In this document: positions 8,190 to 16,057 of the stretch, piece by piece
Layout of the letters: every line of letters begins with the position of its first letter
Numbering within the stretch: the stretch's first letter is position 1
Source: an uncultured Clostridia bacterium
GTDB taxonomy: Bacteria; Bacillota; Clostridia; Lachnospirales; CALKRZ01
Length of the DNA stretch: 37,230 nt
Assembly: GCA_937989765.1 (NCBI GenBank)
Contig: CALKRZ010000173.1
Coordinates: 1 to 37,230 of the forward strand
Direction of reading: 5' to 3'
Position numbers and translations under genes: made by a program
The notes under the pieces: generated by a model
Told to the model about the DNA's origin: nothing
Databases searched by the model: none
Seen by the model: the letters and a program-made list of their open reading frames with translations, nothing else

Positions 8190-8225
8190 GGATCTCTGCC
8201 TTACCACATACTTTTGCAGAGATCC
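8190..8225. repeat. hairpin carrying a solo terminal fragment of the long-hairpin repeat family
   Basis: GGATCTCTGC-CTTACCACATACTTTT-GCAGAGATCC. The 19 nt TGCCTTACCACATACTTTT (8197-8215) are identical to the 3' terminus of copy 2 (12975-12993). Both also share GGATCTC / GAGATCC flanks. Confidence 0.6.
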
Positions 8226-8236
8226 AAAAATAAAAC

Positions 8237-8262
8237 GATTGGCTGAGGCTAATCTTTTTTTT
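8237..8262 (+). terminator. rho-independent terminator of the lipoprotein gene
   Basis: GATTGGC-TGAG-GCTAATC: a 7-bp stem including one G-U pair, followed by T8. Confidence 0.65.
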
Positions 8263-8302
8263 GTCCAAATTAAGAAGGATTATCGACATATATATGCACG
8301 CG

Positions 8303-8331
8303 TTGACAGTAAATGGGGAACGTGCTACAGT
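8303..8331 (+). promoter_or_regulatory. predicted sigmaA-type promoter of signal peptidase gene
   Basis: TTGACA, 17 nt spacer, TACAGT. Confidence 0.45.
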
Positions 8332-8369
8332 AGATTTAAGTAGGAGTAGTAATGCGTAGGGGGCGGCAC

Positions 8370-8870
8370 ATGAAAGAACTGATCAAAGAATTTTTTGGAT
8401 CTTTAATAGAAGCAATGATTATTGTTATTATTTTATTTTTTATATTTTGGCCTGTACGAGTAAAGGGTGTATCCATGGAACAAACATTTCATTCGAGGGA
8501 TCGAGTAGCGATATCCAAGGTGTGGACATATATCAAAGGACTCAAGTCGGGAGATATCATAGTATGCAAATATATGGAAAGTGGTACGGATCAAACGATC
8601 ATAAAAAGGATCATCGGTATCGCGGGAGATCATATTGTAATCAAGGGTGGCATTGTCAAAAAAAATGGACAAGTATTATATGAGCCCTATGTGCAGGGGT
8701 ATACAGAAGGAGATCTAGACAGTATCGTACCGCAAGAAACGGTATTTGTGATGGGAGATAATCGTGAGATCAGCAAAGACAGCAGACTGATCGGATGCAT
8801 ACCCATTAAGCAGGTAGAGGGAAGAGTATTAATGAGATGGTATCCCTTTACGCAAATCAAATGGTACTGA
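8370..8870 (+). CDS. lepB: signal peptidase I (S26 family)
   Basis: Track ORF 8352..8870. The likely start is the ATG at 8370 (MKELIKEFF). There is an N-terminal TM segment. Motifs present: catalytic Ser box GVSMEQT, Lys box KRIIGIAGD, and GDNREISKDSR. Confidence 0.88.
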   Translation: MKELIKEFFGSLIEAMIIVIILFFIFWPVRVKGVSMEQTFHSRDRVAISKVWTYIKGLKSGDIIVCKYMESGTDQTIIKRIIGIAGDHIVIKGGIVKKNGQVLYEPYVQGYTEGDLDSIVPQETVFVMGDNREISKDSRLIGCIPIKQVEGRVLMRWYPFTQIKWY

Positions 8871-8963
8871 TATTTACGAATAATTATTTCGAAAAATGGC
8901 TATACTAAACTCATTCAATATAGATGGTAAATAATTTGTAAATTTGTAAAATTTATCAATATA

Positions 8964-9033
8964 TTGACAGATATAAAATATATCTGATATAATGTAAAAT
9001 TTGTTGACATGATGATGGTTCTTGTGATACACT
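8964..9033 (+). promoter_or_regulatory. two tandem near-consensus sigmaA promoters upstream of veg
   Basis: The first is TTGACA (8964-8969), 18 nt spacer, TATAAT (8988-8993). The second is TTGACA (9004-9009), 18 nt spacer, TGaTACACT (TACACT at 9028-9033). Confidence 0.6.
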
Positions 9034-9066
9034 AGGGTGGATGACAAATAATGAGGTGATATATAC

Positions 9067-9330
9067 ATGGCCGAAAAAAGTGTGCTTTTTCAAGTGAGAA
9101 AAGACATGGAAGGATTTGTCGGAAGTAGAGTGAAGTTAAAAGCGAATAAAGGCAGAAGAAAAACCGTCATAAAAGAGGGCATCTTAGAGAATACATACCC
9201 AAGTATTTTTATTGTAAAGTTGGATAACGAAATGGAAAACCCTTCGAGAAGAGTATCCTATAGTTATACTGACATTTTAACCCGTACGGTGGAGATATCC
9301 GTATACGATAAGGTGGCGGAAATTAAATAG
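9067..9330 (+). CDS. veg: Veg protein (biofilm/sporulation-associated small DNA-binding-like protein)
   Basis: 87 aa. The motifs KANKGRRKT...GILENTYPSIFIV...RVSYSYTDILTRTVE closely parallel B. subtilis Veg. The RBS is GAGGTGA. Confidence 0.92.
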   Translation: MAEKSVLFQVRKDMEGFVGSRVKLKANKGRRKTVIKEGILENTYPSIFIVKLDNEMENPSRRVSYSYTDILTRTVEISVYDKVAEIK

Positions 9331-9405
9331 TTGGTCAAAATAGACCCTTATATAGACCTGTTATCTTGTTTCTTATACTTAAATAATCCCTCGTATATAT
9401 ACATG

Positions 9406-9441
9406 AAAAGGAATGAACTCAGTAGAGGCGTTCCTTTTTTT
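9406..9441 (+). terminator. rho-independent terminator of veg
   Basis: GGAATG...CGTTCC stem with a 13-nt loop, preceded by an A-run and followed by T7. Confidence 0.55.
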
Positions 9442-9528
9442 GTTTGTCTAAAATTTATAATTTAGGCATAAATCATCCTAGAGTCTTAATATATTATTAT
9501 AGACAAAGGTCTCAAGGAGGGAAAGTAT

Positions 9529-11103
9529 ATGCCGCTTGAACTAATAAAAGAAAAAATCATACTGGATCAGCGAGTGGGAGAAGAAAGAGCGCAAGTACTC
9601 GTAGAAGGCGACGTCATTGTACCTGATGTAAAGCCAGATATCGTTAAGATTTTGCAAGTAGACGGTAGAGTAAATATTGACACAGTCGACGTAAATACAG
9701 ACCGGCTTAATTATACAGGTAAGGTGGAGTTTAATATCCTTTATCTTGCAGAAGGTGCCGACAAGCCTGTACATAGTATGATGGTAAGTCTTCCTATTGA
9801 CGATTTTATGAATATGGATGGACTCACGAGAAACATGACAGTAGATGTAGTGTATGATATAGAGCATGTGGATTATAAGGTGCTCAATGGAAGAAAGCTG
9901 AATGTAAAAGCAGTACTGGAAATGGTATCTAGGGCAACAGATCTTATGCAAAATGATATTGTAGTAGATTTCAAGGGTATCTCAGGGGTACAGGTTCAGA
10001 GACAGTCTTTGAATCTGAGTCGGCTGATCGAGAGTAAAGAAGATAAGTTTATCATCAAAGATGAACTATCTGTTCCTGCTGGAAAACCTAACATTCGAGA
10101 AATCTTACAGTGCAGTGCCAACATTCGTAATAAAGATATAAAAGTGGCGAATGGAAAAGTAGTGCTCAAAGGAGATCTGTATATCACTACTTTGTATTCT
10201 GGCGATACAGATGAAAGCACTGTAGAGTTTATGGAACATGAAGTACCATTTAATGGTTTTGTCGAATCGAGAGAATGTACAGAAGAGATGTTTAGTGATG
10301 TAGGGATGAAGATTCAGAACCAATACGTACAAGTTCGACCAGACCTAGATGGAGAAGAACGGGTGCTAGAAGTGGAAATAGTCGTGGGGGCTCGCGTACG
10401 AGTGATGCGAGTAGATGATATCCAAATCATAGAGGATGCCTATTGTCTCAATAAAAATCTTAGGCTGATCCAAGAAAAAGTTAAATATCAAAAGATGGTT
10501 TGTCGCAACAAAAATCAATGCAGCGTAAAAGAAACTGTAACCATCGACGGCGCTCATCCAGATATTCTTCAGGTGTATAATGTAGTCGGAAGACCTAAAG
10601 TAGATGATATTCGAATTGTAGATGATAAAGTAGTATTAGAAGGGATCATCAATGCCTCTATTTTATATGTGGCTGCCGATGATGAAAACCCTTTATGTGC
10701 GCATCAGGAAGTAATTCCTTTTAGGCAAGTCGTAGAGACAAAAGGTGCCATCGCAGGGATGAAAGTCCATGTAGATCCATCTATAGAGCATATAGGATTT
10801 AATATGTTGTCCAATAATGAAGTAGAAGTAAGATTTACCATGAGCCTCAATACCCAAGTCACTGACGAGGGAGAAGTGGATATGATCACTGGGGCAGAGC
10901 TGAAGGATTTGGATATGGCTGTAGTAGATCGTATGGCTACTATGACCATCTATGTATGCCAATCCGCAGATAGCCTGTGGAAAATCGCCAAACGGTACAA
11001 TAGTAGTGTACAGGAACTAGCAGAACTCAATGATATAGACAATGTCAATAAGGTTTATCCAGGACAAAAACTTTTAATCTTAAAGAAAGTGATGGAAGAG
11101 TAG
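9529..11103 (+). CDS. DUF3794 (SPOCS) repeat protein with C-terminal LysM domain (spore coat assembly-type)
   Basis: The C-terminus DSLWKIAKRYNSSVQELAELNDIDNVNKVYPGQKLLILK is a LysM domain. The N-terminal ~450 aa are beta-rich with a repeated architecture. The position upstream of ispE is typical of Clostridia. Confidence 0.75.
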   Translation: MPLELIKEKIILDQRVGEERAQVLVEGDVIVPDVKPDIVKILQVDGRVNIDTVDVNTDRLNYTGKVEFNILYLAEGADKPVHSMMVSLPIDDFMNMDGLTRNMTVDVVYDIEHVDYKVLNGRKLNVKAVLEMVSRATDLMQNDIVVDFKGISGVQVQRQSLNLSRLIESKEDKFIIKDELSVPAGKPNIREILQCSANIRNKDIKVANGKVVLKGDLYITTLYSGDTDESTVEFMEHEVPFNGFVESRECTEEMFSDVGMKIQNQYVQVRPDLDGEERVLEVEIVVGARVRVMRVDDIQIIEDAYCLNKNLRLIQEKVKYQKMVCRNKNQCSVKETVTIDGAHPDILQVYNVVGRPKVDDIRIVDDKVVLEGIINASILYVAADDENPLCAHQEVIPFRQVVETKGAIAGMKVHVDPSIEHIGFNMLSNNEVEVRFTMSLNTQVTDEGEVDMITGAELKDLDMAVVDRMATMTIYVCQSADSLWKIAKRYNSSVQELAELNDIDNVNKVYPGQKLLILKKVMEE

Positions 11104-11130
11104 CTCACCTGTGGTGAGCTCTTTTACTTT
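11102..11130 (+). terminator. probable terminator after the LysM gene
   Basis: AGCTCAC-CTGTG-GTGAGCT stem followed by CTTTTACTTT, which is a weak T-tract. Confidence 0.4.
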
Positions 11131-11216
11131 GGATTGACTTTATGAAGCATAGTGTATACAATATGGTTAATACAGAAAAAAATATAAAAAATCGATATAA
11201 ATATAGGGTGGGTTTC

Positions 11217-12083
11217 ATGCAGCAGATTTATATAAAAGCACGAGCTAAAATAAATTTAACACTGGATGTAGTAGGCAAACGGCCAGATGGATATCATGAT
11301 ATCCGTATGATTATGCAGACCGTGAATCTGTATGATCGCATCATCATGCGCAAAATGAAGGTTCCGGGAATCAGACTGGTTACAAATCTTCAGTGGCTTC
11401 CTGTAGATGATAAAAACTTGGCATACCAAGCAGCGGTACTGATGAAGAATCATTTTGGTATTTCGGAGGGAGTATTTATTGATCTGCGAAAAAAAATACC
11501 AGTAGCAGCAGGACTCGCAGGAGGAAGTAGTGATGCGGCGGCTGTTCTTGTGGGCATAAATAAATTATTTCAGATCGATGCCTCAAGACAAGAATTAATG
11601 CTTTTGGGAGAGCAGCTAGGAGCAGATGTACCTTATTGTATCTTGCGGGGAACCGCCTTAGCAGAAGGAATCGGAGAAAAATTAACAAAGCTTCCTACGA
11701 TGCCAGAATGCTTTATTGTCTTAGCCAAGCCGCCGATCAGTGTTTCTACGCCTTACGTATATAAAAATTTAGATTTAAATGCCATTCAAAATAGACCAGA
11801 TACAGAGAATGTGATCAGGGCGCTGGAGCGAGGCGACTTGCATACCATAGCAGGAGGCTTATGCAATGTACTAGAGACAGTGACAGCCAAAGAATATCCG
11901 ATTATCGAAGAAATCAAAGAAATTTTAATCAAATATGGCGCTATAGGAACGATTATGAGTGGTAGTGGACCTTCTGTATTTGGCCTATTTACTCATAAGG
12001 AGACAGCCATTAAGGCATCTTATCAACTTAAGCTTCAAAATAAAGCACGGGATGTATTTGTGACTAACACGTTTAACCCATAG
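11217..12083 (+). CDS. ispE: 4-(cytidine 5'-diphospho)-2-C-methyl-D-erythritol kinase
   Basis: Track ORF 11142..12083. Start refined to the ATG at 11217 (MQQIYIKARAKINLTLDVVGKRPDGYH). GHMP kinase motif PVAAGLAGGSSDAAA is present. Confidence 0.9.
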   Translation: MQQIYIKARAKINLTLDVVGKRPDGYHDIRMIMQTVNLYDRIIMRKMKVPGIRLVTNLQWLPVDDKNLAYQAAVLMKNHFGISEGVFIDLRKKIPVAAGLAGGSSDAAAVLVGINKLFQIDASRQELMLLGEQLGADVPYCILRGTALAEGIGEKLTKLPTMPECFIVLAKPPISVSTPYVYKNLDLNAIQNRPDTENVIRALERGDLHTIAGGLCNVLETVTAKEYPIIEEIKEILIKYGAIGTIMSGSGPSVFGLFTHKETAIKASYQLKLQNKARDVFVTNTFNP

Positions 12084-12118
12084 ATTTTCGCATACATCAT
12101 CGAGGAAGAAGGGCAAAT

Positions 12119-12796
12119 ATGAATGATGATAAATTTAAGGTGAATTTGAATGAATATCTTCCACTGCGAGATGTTGTATTTAATACCTTGCGGGAAGCCA
12201 TTTTGATAGGTACCTTGCAGCCTGGAGAAAGGCTCATGGAGAAGCAGTTGGCAGAAAAAATGGGGGTCAGTCGTACACCTATCCGAGAAGCGATCAGAAA
12301 GTTAGAGTTAGAGGGTCTGGTGATCATGATTGCCCGTAAAGGCGCTCAAGTAGCAGAGATCACAGAAAAAGATATTCAAGATGTACTAGAGGTTCGCGCT
12401 GCACTAGAAGGATTGGCTGTACGGATTGCCTGTGAAAAGATGCAGGAAGCTACTTTGCAGAAGTTAAAGCAAGTCATGGAGGAATTTACCAAAGCCTCCC
12501 AAATACAAGATATTGATACGATGATTTATAAAGATGTGGAATTCCATGATATTATCTTTGAGTCCACGGAAAATCACCGGTTAATTCATATTGTCAATAA
12601 CTTAAGAGAGCATATTCATAGATATCGGGTAGCGTATCTCAAAAAGTACACTTATCTTGAAGCCATTGGAAAAGAGCATCAGGATATCGTAGATGCGATC
12701 GAAAGAAGAGATCCTAAAGTGGCGGAACAAGTAGCTATGGTTCATATCCATAACCAAGAAAAAGCTGTGATTAGATCTATACGAAGTGGAAAATAG
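12119..12796 (+). CDS. GntR-family transcriptional regulator (FadR/FCD subfamily)
   Basis: N-terminal winged HTH (LMEKQLAEKMGVSRTPIREAIRKLELEGLV) followed by an alpha-helical FCD-like C-terminal domain. Confidence 0.85.
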   Translation: MNDDKFKVNLNEYLPLRDVVFNTLREAILIGTLQPGERLMEKQLAEKMGVSRTPIREAIRKLELEGLVIMIARKGAQVAEITEKDIQDVLEVRAALEGLAVRIACEKMQEATLQKLKQVMEEFTKASQIQDIDTMIYKDVEFHDIIFESTENHRLIHIVNNLREHIHRYRVAYLKKYTYLEAIGKEHQDIVDAIERRDPKVAEQVAMVHIHNQEKAVIRSIRSGK

Positions 12797-12803
12797 TAAT
12801 GCC

Positions 12804-12833
12804 AAAACAACCGAATTCTCGGTTGTTTTTTTT
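12804..12833 (+). terminator. rho-independent terminator of the GntR gene
   Basis: AAAACAACCGAATTCTCGGTTGTTTTTTTT. Confidence 0.75.
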
Positions 12834-12834
12834 G

Positions 12835-13001
12835 GATCTCAGAAAAAGTATGTGGTGATAAGGCAAATATATAAATCTGGAAACAACTGCAACAAAGGAG
12901 CGCGTCCCAAATTTCAACTAAACTGACCCTTTGCACAAGCGCGATTTTGCAGTTGTTGTAAGATTTATATATTTGCCTTACCACATACTTTTTCTGAGAT
13001 C
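12835..13001 (+). repeat. long-hairpin intergenic repeat family, copy 2 (best-paired copy)
   Basis: The outer 23 bp pair perfectly (GGATCTCAGAAAAAGTATGTGGT with ACCACATACTTTTTCTGAGATCC). Inward there are a further 19 bp, a 3x3 internal loop, 11 bp, and a GC-rich inner helix around a ~34-nt apical region. A T-run (13003-13009) follows. Confidence 0.9.
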
Positions 13002-13094
13002 CGTTTTTTTGTACCCATTTTTAGAGGATAAAACTTCATTTATTGGAACAAAATATAGGGTATTAAGTTATCTATGCATAAAAGGAGTGAGGAT

Positions 13095-13304
13095 ATGATC
13101 TATAATTTTATAAGACAGGTAGCAGATATTTATAGTGTGTGGCTTATGGCATTGACAGTAGCGATTGGCATCTTTATTCTTTTGGCAGACAGCCATCAGT
13201 TAAACGACAAAAATGAAAGAGATCGTAAGATCGCTAGGGTGCTAGGATGGGTTTATACCGCAGGAGGCTTACTACTCTTTATAGGTGTAAAGTTTGTAGT
13301 ATAG
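13095..13304 (+). CDS. small two-TM membrane protein of unknown function, immediately upstream of the gerA-type operon
   Basis: Track ORF 13074..13304. The likely start is the ATG at 13095, preceded by AAAGGAG. Two hydrophobic segments are present. No family is recognised. Confidence 0.5.
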   Translation: MIYNFIRQVADIYSVWLMALTVAIGIFILLADSHQLNDKNERDRKIARVLGWVYTAGGLLLFIGVKFVV

Positions 13305-13343
13305 TTTTCAAAGTATTGATTCTTATGCACAGGAGGTATGCCC

Positions 13344-14945
13344 ATGAAATTTATAAAGAAGAGGGAAAAGAAAATTTCCAAAGAAGAATTTGCGCCACAT
13401 CCCGAAGATGCGCTTCATGATGAAAATAATAAGGTTACAGGAGCACTATCCACAGATTTAGATGAAAATATAGAGCGGCTCGATATATTGTTCAAGGATT
13501 GCAATGATTTGGTCAAAAGAAAATTTCCAATGGGTACACAACAAAGAACCAATATGTATATTGCCTACATAGATCTCATGGTAGATCGAAAAACAATAGA
13601 GATGTCTGTATTAGATCAATTAATCTTAGGAATCCGTGATGTACCCCCATCTGCACCAGAGCTCAAACAATCCCTCTATGAATCTATGCGGGATGGGGGC
13701 TTGGCTACAGCGGATATCAAAGAAGTAGATACTATGGATGAAGTGACGTTAGCCATCTTATCTGGCGATACAGTATTGTTTATGGATGGGTATGCCAAGG
13801 TGATCATCATTGCTACCAAAGGATGGCCCAATAGGGGCATTCAGGCACCTGAAACAGAGGTAGTGGTACAAGGACCCAAAGAAGCTTTTAGTGAATCTCT
13901 TCGGATGAATACCGTACTGATCCGCAGGCGCATTCGAGATACGAAGCTCAAAGTGAAGCAGCTACAGATCGGGACTAGAAGCCGTACGGATATAGCCTTG
14001 GTGTATATGGAGGATATCGTTCGCCCTTCTATTTTAGAAGAACTAGAAAAAAGGCTGCATTCCATTGAAATCGATGCCATATTAGAAAGTGGATATATAC
14101 AGCAGTTGATCGAGGACGACTGGAACTCTCCATTCCCGCAGATCCAAACGACAGAAAGACCCGACAAGACAGCCTCCTCTATACTAGAAGGCCGTATAGC
14201 CATCGTGGTGGATAATACCCCTTTTGTGCTCATCGCGCCTGCGGTATTTGCTAGTTTTTTTCAGGCAGCGGAGGACTACTATCAGCGGTGGCATGTGATG
14301 AGTTTTGTGCGTTTGATTCGCTATGTAGCTGGTTTTTTTGCGGCGGCCTTGCCAGGGCTTTATATAGCGCTAACTACATTTCATCCGGCTATGATTCCTA
14401 CTCCTCTGGCGCTGGCGATGGCGGGTGCTAGAGAAGCAGTACCTTTTCCGGCTGTGATCGAGGTTGTGATCATGGAACTAGCCTTTGAGCTCCTTAGAGA
14501 GGCAGGGATCAGGCTTCCAGCCCCTATCGGCAGTACGATCGGGATCGTGGGGGGGCTTATTATCGGTCAGGCTGCAGTAGAAGCAGGGATTGTCAGTCCG
14601 ATCATTGTGATTATCGTAGCGGTGACGGCAATATCTTCCTTTGCGATTCCAGCGATCAGTATGACCAATGGTTTTCGAATTATGAAGTACATCATTATTC
14701 TGTGTTCGGCATTTTTAGGACTATACGGATTTTGGCTCGGGGTACTGGTATTGCTGATTCACTTAGTATCTTTAAAGAGCTTTAATATCCCTTATATGTA
14801 CCCTTATGTATCTTGCAATCTGAATGGCTATAATGATCTGAAAGATTCCATCATTCGAGTACCGACCTTTTTGATCAATAAAAGACCGCTGTTTGCAAGA
14901 GCAGATCAGCGGATTCGTATGAAATCTTCACCAAAGAAGAAGTAG
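13344..14945 (+). CDS. spore germination protein, GerA (A-subunit) family
   Basis: Track ORF 13338..14945. The ATG at 13344 has better spacing to AGGAGG. Conserved GerAA-type motifs are present (ESGYIQQLIED, FPQIQTTERPD) along with a C-terminal multi-TM region. Confidence 0.9.
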   Translation: MKFIKKREKKISKEEFAPHPEDALHDENNKVTGALSTDLDENIERLDILFKDCNDLVKRKFPMGTQQRTNMYIAYIDLMVDRKTIEMSVLDQLILGIRDVPPSAPELKQSLYESMRDGGLATADIKEVDTMDEVTLAILSGDTVLFMDGYAKVIIIATKGWPNRGIQAPETEVVVQGPKEAFSESLRMNTVLIRRRIRDTKLKVKQLQIGTRSRTDIALVYMEDIVRPSILEELEKRLHSIEIDAILESGYIQQLIEDDWNSPFPQIQTTERPDKTASSILEGRIAIVVDNTPFVLIAPAVFASFFQAAEDYYQRWHVMSFVRLIRYVAGFFAAALPGLYIALTTFHPAMIPTPLALAMAGAREAVPFPAVIEVVIMELAFELLREAGIRLPAPIGSTIGIVGGLIIGQAAVEAGIVSPIIVIIVAVTAISSFAIPAISMTNGFRIMKYIIILCSAFLGLYGFWLGVLVLLIHLVSLKSFNIPYMYPYVSCNLNGYNDLKDSIIRVPTFLINKRPLFARADQRIRMKSSPKKK

Positions 14946-14956
14946 GAGGGGCAACT

Positions 14957-16057
14957 ATGTTCTCTATGAATGACAAAGCATCGGCCCGACAGGTGACTAT
15001 TTTGCTTATTTTGGATTTGTTCGGCACAGCAGCGCTTACGCTTCCACGAAGAGCGGCGGAGTTTGCTAGCGAGGATGCTTGGATGGTCGTAATAGGTGGG
15101 GTAGTTCTGGCACTGATCTATGGCTTTCTCATTACCTCTGTAGCGACCCTGTTTCCACAGGATAGTTTTGTAGAGTTTTCAGGAAAGATCGTGACTAAAC
15201 CTATCGGTATGGCATTAAGCCTTTTACTGATGGCTAAACTGATGGCAGGTGTTGCACTGGAGGTACGTGTTTTTGGAGAAATATTAAAACAGACGCTCCT
15301 TCCCAAAACGCCCATAGAGGTGATCATCATTTCTATGCTGTTGATTACCGCTTATTTGATTCGAAAAGGGTATGAGTGCCGTGCTAGGATCGCAGAAATC
15401 TTAGTTGTTATAGTATTTCTACCCTTGATTTTTGTGTTTTTACTAGCCCTATTTAATGCGGACTTTACGAATCTGCTTCCTATGTTTAAGACCCCAGCAC
15501 CGAAGATTTTGGAGGGTGCTTATTATCTAGGGTTTACATTTGGAGGGTTAGAAGTCATGTTGCTTGCCACCATGTTTTTGGTAAAGCCCAAAAGAGCGCC
15601 CCGTGTAACGACTACAGCCATCATCGTGGTAGGCTTCTTCAATGTAGCGGTGACACTGATTACGCTAGCTACCTTTGGGTCCATGGAAACCAATAAGCAA
15701 ATTTGGCCCACCATGCAAATGATGCAGTCTGTAAACTTTCCAGGGTTATTTATAGAAAGACAAGATGTGCTCATGATGAGCTTCTGGATTTTGTCCGTAT
15801 TTGCGATCGTCAATGCAGGATTATTCTTTATAAGTTTTATTGCCACAAGGATGCTGAAGTCTTCTGAGCACTACTACCTAGTGCTGCCTTTTGTACCGAT
15901 TTTATATTTTATTTCTCTGATCCCAGATAATATTGCACAGACTTATGAATGGCTTGACTTTATGAATCGGTATTTTGGGATTATATTTTTATTTCCTGTA
16001 CCATTGATTTTACTCATGATCGCTAAGATGAGAAAGTTAGGTGATACGGTTGAGTAA
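14957..16057 (+). CDS. spore germination protein, GerAB-type permease (APC superfamily B-subunit)
   Basis: Polytopic membrane protein of 366 aa directly following the A-subunit gene. The RBS is GGAGGGG. Confidence 0.85.
   Translation: MFSMNDKASARQVTILLILDLFGTAALTLPRRAAEFASEDAWMVVIGGVVLALIYGFLITSVATLFPQDSFVEFSGKIVTKPIGMALSLLLMAKLMAGVALEVRVFGEILKQTLLPKTPIEVIIISMLLITAYLIRKGYECRARIAEILVVIVFLPLIFVFLLALFNADFTNLLPMFKTPAPKILEGAYYLGFTFGGLEVMLLATMFLVKPKRAPRVTTTAIIVVGFFNVAVTLITLATFGSMETNKQIWPTMQMMQSVNFPGLFIERQDVLMMSFWILSVFAIVNAGLFFISFIATRMLKSSEHYYLVLPFVPILYFISLIPDNIAQTYEWLDFMNRYFGIIFLFPVPLILLMIAKMRKLGDTVE

Noticed and set aside
12742-12984. Apparently conserved small ORFs in and around the repeat copies. 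These are 12742..12984 (-), 20665..20970 (+), 22997..23335 (-) and 23191..23394 (+). They share peptides such as RQIYKSSNNCKIALVQ and CCSCFQIYIF, which could suggest a repeated small cysteine-rich protein gene.
   Set aside because: The similarity is a by-product of the nucleotide repeat being near-palindromic, so both strands give related translations. These ORFs run through terminators and into neighbouring CDSs and have no RBS. Differences between copies are compensatory at the base-pair level rather than synonymous at the codon level.
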